Source of the DNA: Octopus bimaculoides
Taxonomy: Eukaryota
Assembly (NCBI RefSeq): GCF_001194135.2
Contig: NC_068999.1
Coordinates: 23,019,671 to 23,083,670 of the forward strand
DNA length: 64,000 bases
Direction: 5' to 3'
In this document: positions 61,669 through 64,000 of the stretch, piece after piece
How positions within the stretch are numbered: the stretch's first letter is position 1
Layout of the letters: every line of letters begins with the position of its first letter
Made by a program: the position numbers and the translations under genes
Notes under the pieces: generated by a model
The model's input: the letters and a program-made list of their open reading frames with translations, nothing else
Told to the model about the DNA's origin: nothing
The model's database searches: none

Positions 61669-61670
<2 letters not shown>
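60720..61670 (-). mobile_element. RTE LINE 3' fragment with tail
   Basis: ...ICWMCNVSVH.RQSVSVLKEKLGIRSIKCGVQERRLCWYGHVLCMNEDSCVRKC..LTVEGTCGRGRPRKT, then a tail with (ATG)n. Confidence 0.9.
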
Positions 61671-61705
<35 letters not shown>

Positions 61706-62154
61706 NNNNNNNNNNNNNNNNNNNNNNNNNNNNNNNNNNNNNNNNNNNNNNNNNNNNNNNNNNNNNNNNNNNNNNNNNNNNNNNNNNNNNNNNNNNNNNN
61801 NNNNNNNNNNNNNNNNNNNNNNNNNNNNNNTAGCGGAATACCAAAGCGTAAGCGTGCAAGACATTTAAAATTACCGAAAAAAAAAAAAAAAATTTTTAAA
61901 TGTCTTGCCCGCTTACACTTTGGTATTCCGCTAAATTTTGTTTTGAGAACAATTTAGGTCTTAATAGACACAAGATGGGATCTATTTCTAGCACATTGAA
62001 TGTCCACGTTAGTGGTCAACGTTATATATAAAAATATACTTTAATCCCCTGAGATTGCAGATACTGTTTCTGAATCTCTTTGATTCTTTAAATGTGCTAG
62101 CTTCCTGGTAATTAATCGATATTAATTAATATATGATTTTTTACCCTATGTTTT

Positions 62155-62203
<49 letters not shown>

Positions 62204-63159
62204 ATACACACACATATATATATATACTTATATACACATATATATGCACACACACACACACATACACATACGTATAATGAGTTTTGGCTAAAAAGCAGAA
62301 ACATATTTGCAGTTGTCTCCCTTACTTGCAGCAAAAATGTTAAAAATAATATCATAAATTGATAAATATTGGTTTCATATTTTGGTACAAAGCCAGCAGT
62401 TTTGGGGAAGGAATAAGACAACTAAATTAATTCCCTATTGCTCAGCTGGTATTTATTTTATCCACCCTAAAAGGATGAAAGGTCAATCCTAGCAGAATTT
62501 GAATTCAGGACATAAAGGCAGACAAAGCGCTGCTAAGCATATCACCTGGTGTCTTAGCAATTCTGCCAGCTTATCACCTTATAAATTGACAAAATACTCT
62601 TTTCTACTCTAGGCACAAGTTCCAAAATTTTTGGGGAGGAGTTCAGCTGATCAGATCGACCCCAGTATGCAACTGGTACCTAATTTATTGACCTTAAAAG
62701 GATGAAAGGCAAAGTTGACCTCAACGGAAAAATTGGCAAAATATTATTTAATCACTGTGTATTTTATTCAACTTTAGGTTTTTAATGTTCCATGCATTAA
62801 ATATGCTATCTACTGACCTACTGTTTATCATGCAAATGACATCTCAGAATAGCCAGCAAATATATATTTTTGTACATATATACAAAGTGATTCATTTGCT
62901 ATCACTTAAAGAAGTTATAGCAGGTACAGGCTTATAAAAATGTTCAAATAAGTTGAGACATGTCTGGCTTGTTTTTTGTACTTGATAAATAATGGAAAAA
63001 TATTAGTCATAAGTAAGTTTCCCTCCTCTCATACATATTGTATGTATCCTACTTTAGATTTCTTTCTTTTTTTTTTTTGTCTTCTATGCATTAAATATGT
63101 TGACACATAGTTCTTTTATAGAAACTTTTTTGTTGTTGCTATACTGTCAAACATTGTTA

Positions 63160-63500
63160 TTATTATGATTATTATTGAGTGAGAGAGCAGTGAATGACAT
63201 CAAAATGGCACTGGGGTACAAATATACGAAGCCCAATTTACCCATCATGACTACCCATCTGATAAGAGCTCGCCAAGCACATGTATCACAACCATATGTG
63301 CATGACATGGTGATTTCATATCAAGATAAACAGCGCATGACCTAGAAGGTGGGACCCAGTTAGAATTTTCTTCAGGTCAAGTAACCCATCCCACTCAAAT
63401 ACGTCTCTGAATAAGGGTTGTTAAAGGAAGTTAAATGAAACATCTATGTTTCCAGAGGTGAATTATTAAAACCCCCAAAAATTCTTTTCAACATATGGTT
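63160..63500 (-). mobile_element. Interspersed repeat ending in a (TAA)n tail, joined to an R4 fragment
   Basis: The minus strand ends ...gctctctcactc-aataataat. The family is not identified. Confidence 0.4.
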
Positions 63501-63519
63501 ATGATGCTTCCCCACTACT

Positions 63520-64000
63520 TTTGCTCATGATGCACATTTTGTCAGTCACCAAGGGACTTGCTCAACAGGTCTTCTTTGCTGTTTACCAAATATCCTGCCA
63601 TGTTTCTTCTTTCACTGTTGATGCACTTCCATATGCTAATCAGCCTACGTCCACCCTTACCTCTCTTCATGTAGAGCCTGTGTGCATTTGCCTTAGGGTG
63701 GAAGGCACCATGCATTGTTGTTGTCTTTCAGATAGTGCGATCGAGTTGGTCAATCTCTGCTTGTGTCCATCTCAGGATGGGTGCCCTATAACAGACTACA
63801 GCAACAGCCCATATGTTGATGGCAGTCACAAGGTTCCTTGAGTTGAGCTTTGATTTCAAGAAAAGTTTAAGGCATTTGATATATGCAGTGATGACCTTGT
63901 CTTTCATTTCTCTGTGCAAGATATTGTCCAGCTCCTGGATCCCAAGGTACTTGTACCCATCATCATCCGGGTCTTCCATTCTCTCTCCATTTGGCAATTC
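63520..64000 (-). mobile_element. R4/Dong-clade RT C-terminal fragment (runs off the window)
   Basis: GYKYLGIQE...KSKLNSRNLVTAINIWAVAVV.Y...W...EIDQLDR, MHGAFHPKAN..RLYM.RG.GGR.LISI. Confidence 0.85.

Overview
AT-rich, gappy (many N runs) eukaryotic DNA made mostly of microsatellites and transposons. The repeat families (tRNA-headed SINEs, RTE tails ending in (ATG)n, abundant CA/TA/CATA tracts) look like an octopus/coleoid short-read assembly; this taxon call is an inference. Only one host coding segment is supported: a 455-aa, disordered, Tyr-motif-rich ORF on the minus strand (2124-3491), in an exon with a splice acceptor at 3635/3636. The rest is intronic or intergenic: SINEs, RTE and R4/Dong LINE fragments, Helitron remnants, a maT/mariner-like transposon holding a 1092-bp solo LTR, and a palindromic mariner holding a 2.4-kb hAT element with an 8-bp TSD. 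The most notable signal is a set of Penelope-like elements (PLEs). It includes at least six PLE fragments, several in inverted arrangements, and about six type I hammerhead ribozyme (HHR) motifs with palindromic stem III, two with an atypical CCGAUGA core. One PLE subfamily has a variable-length Asn/Ser-rich, microsatellite-encoded insert between the GIY and YIG motifs of its endonuclease. All calls were made by eye and have not been checked by database search.
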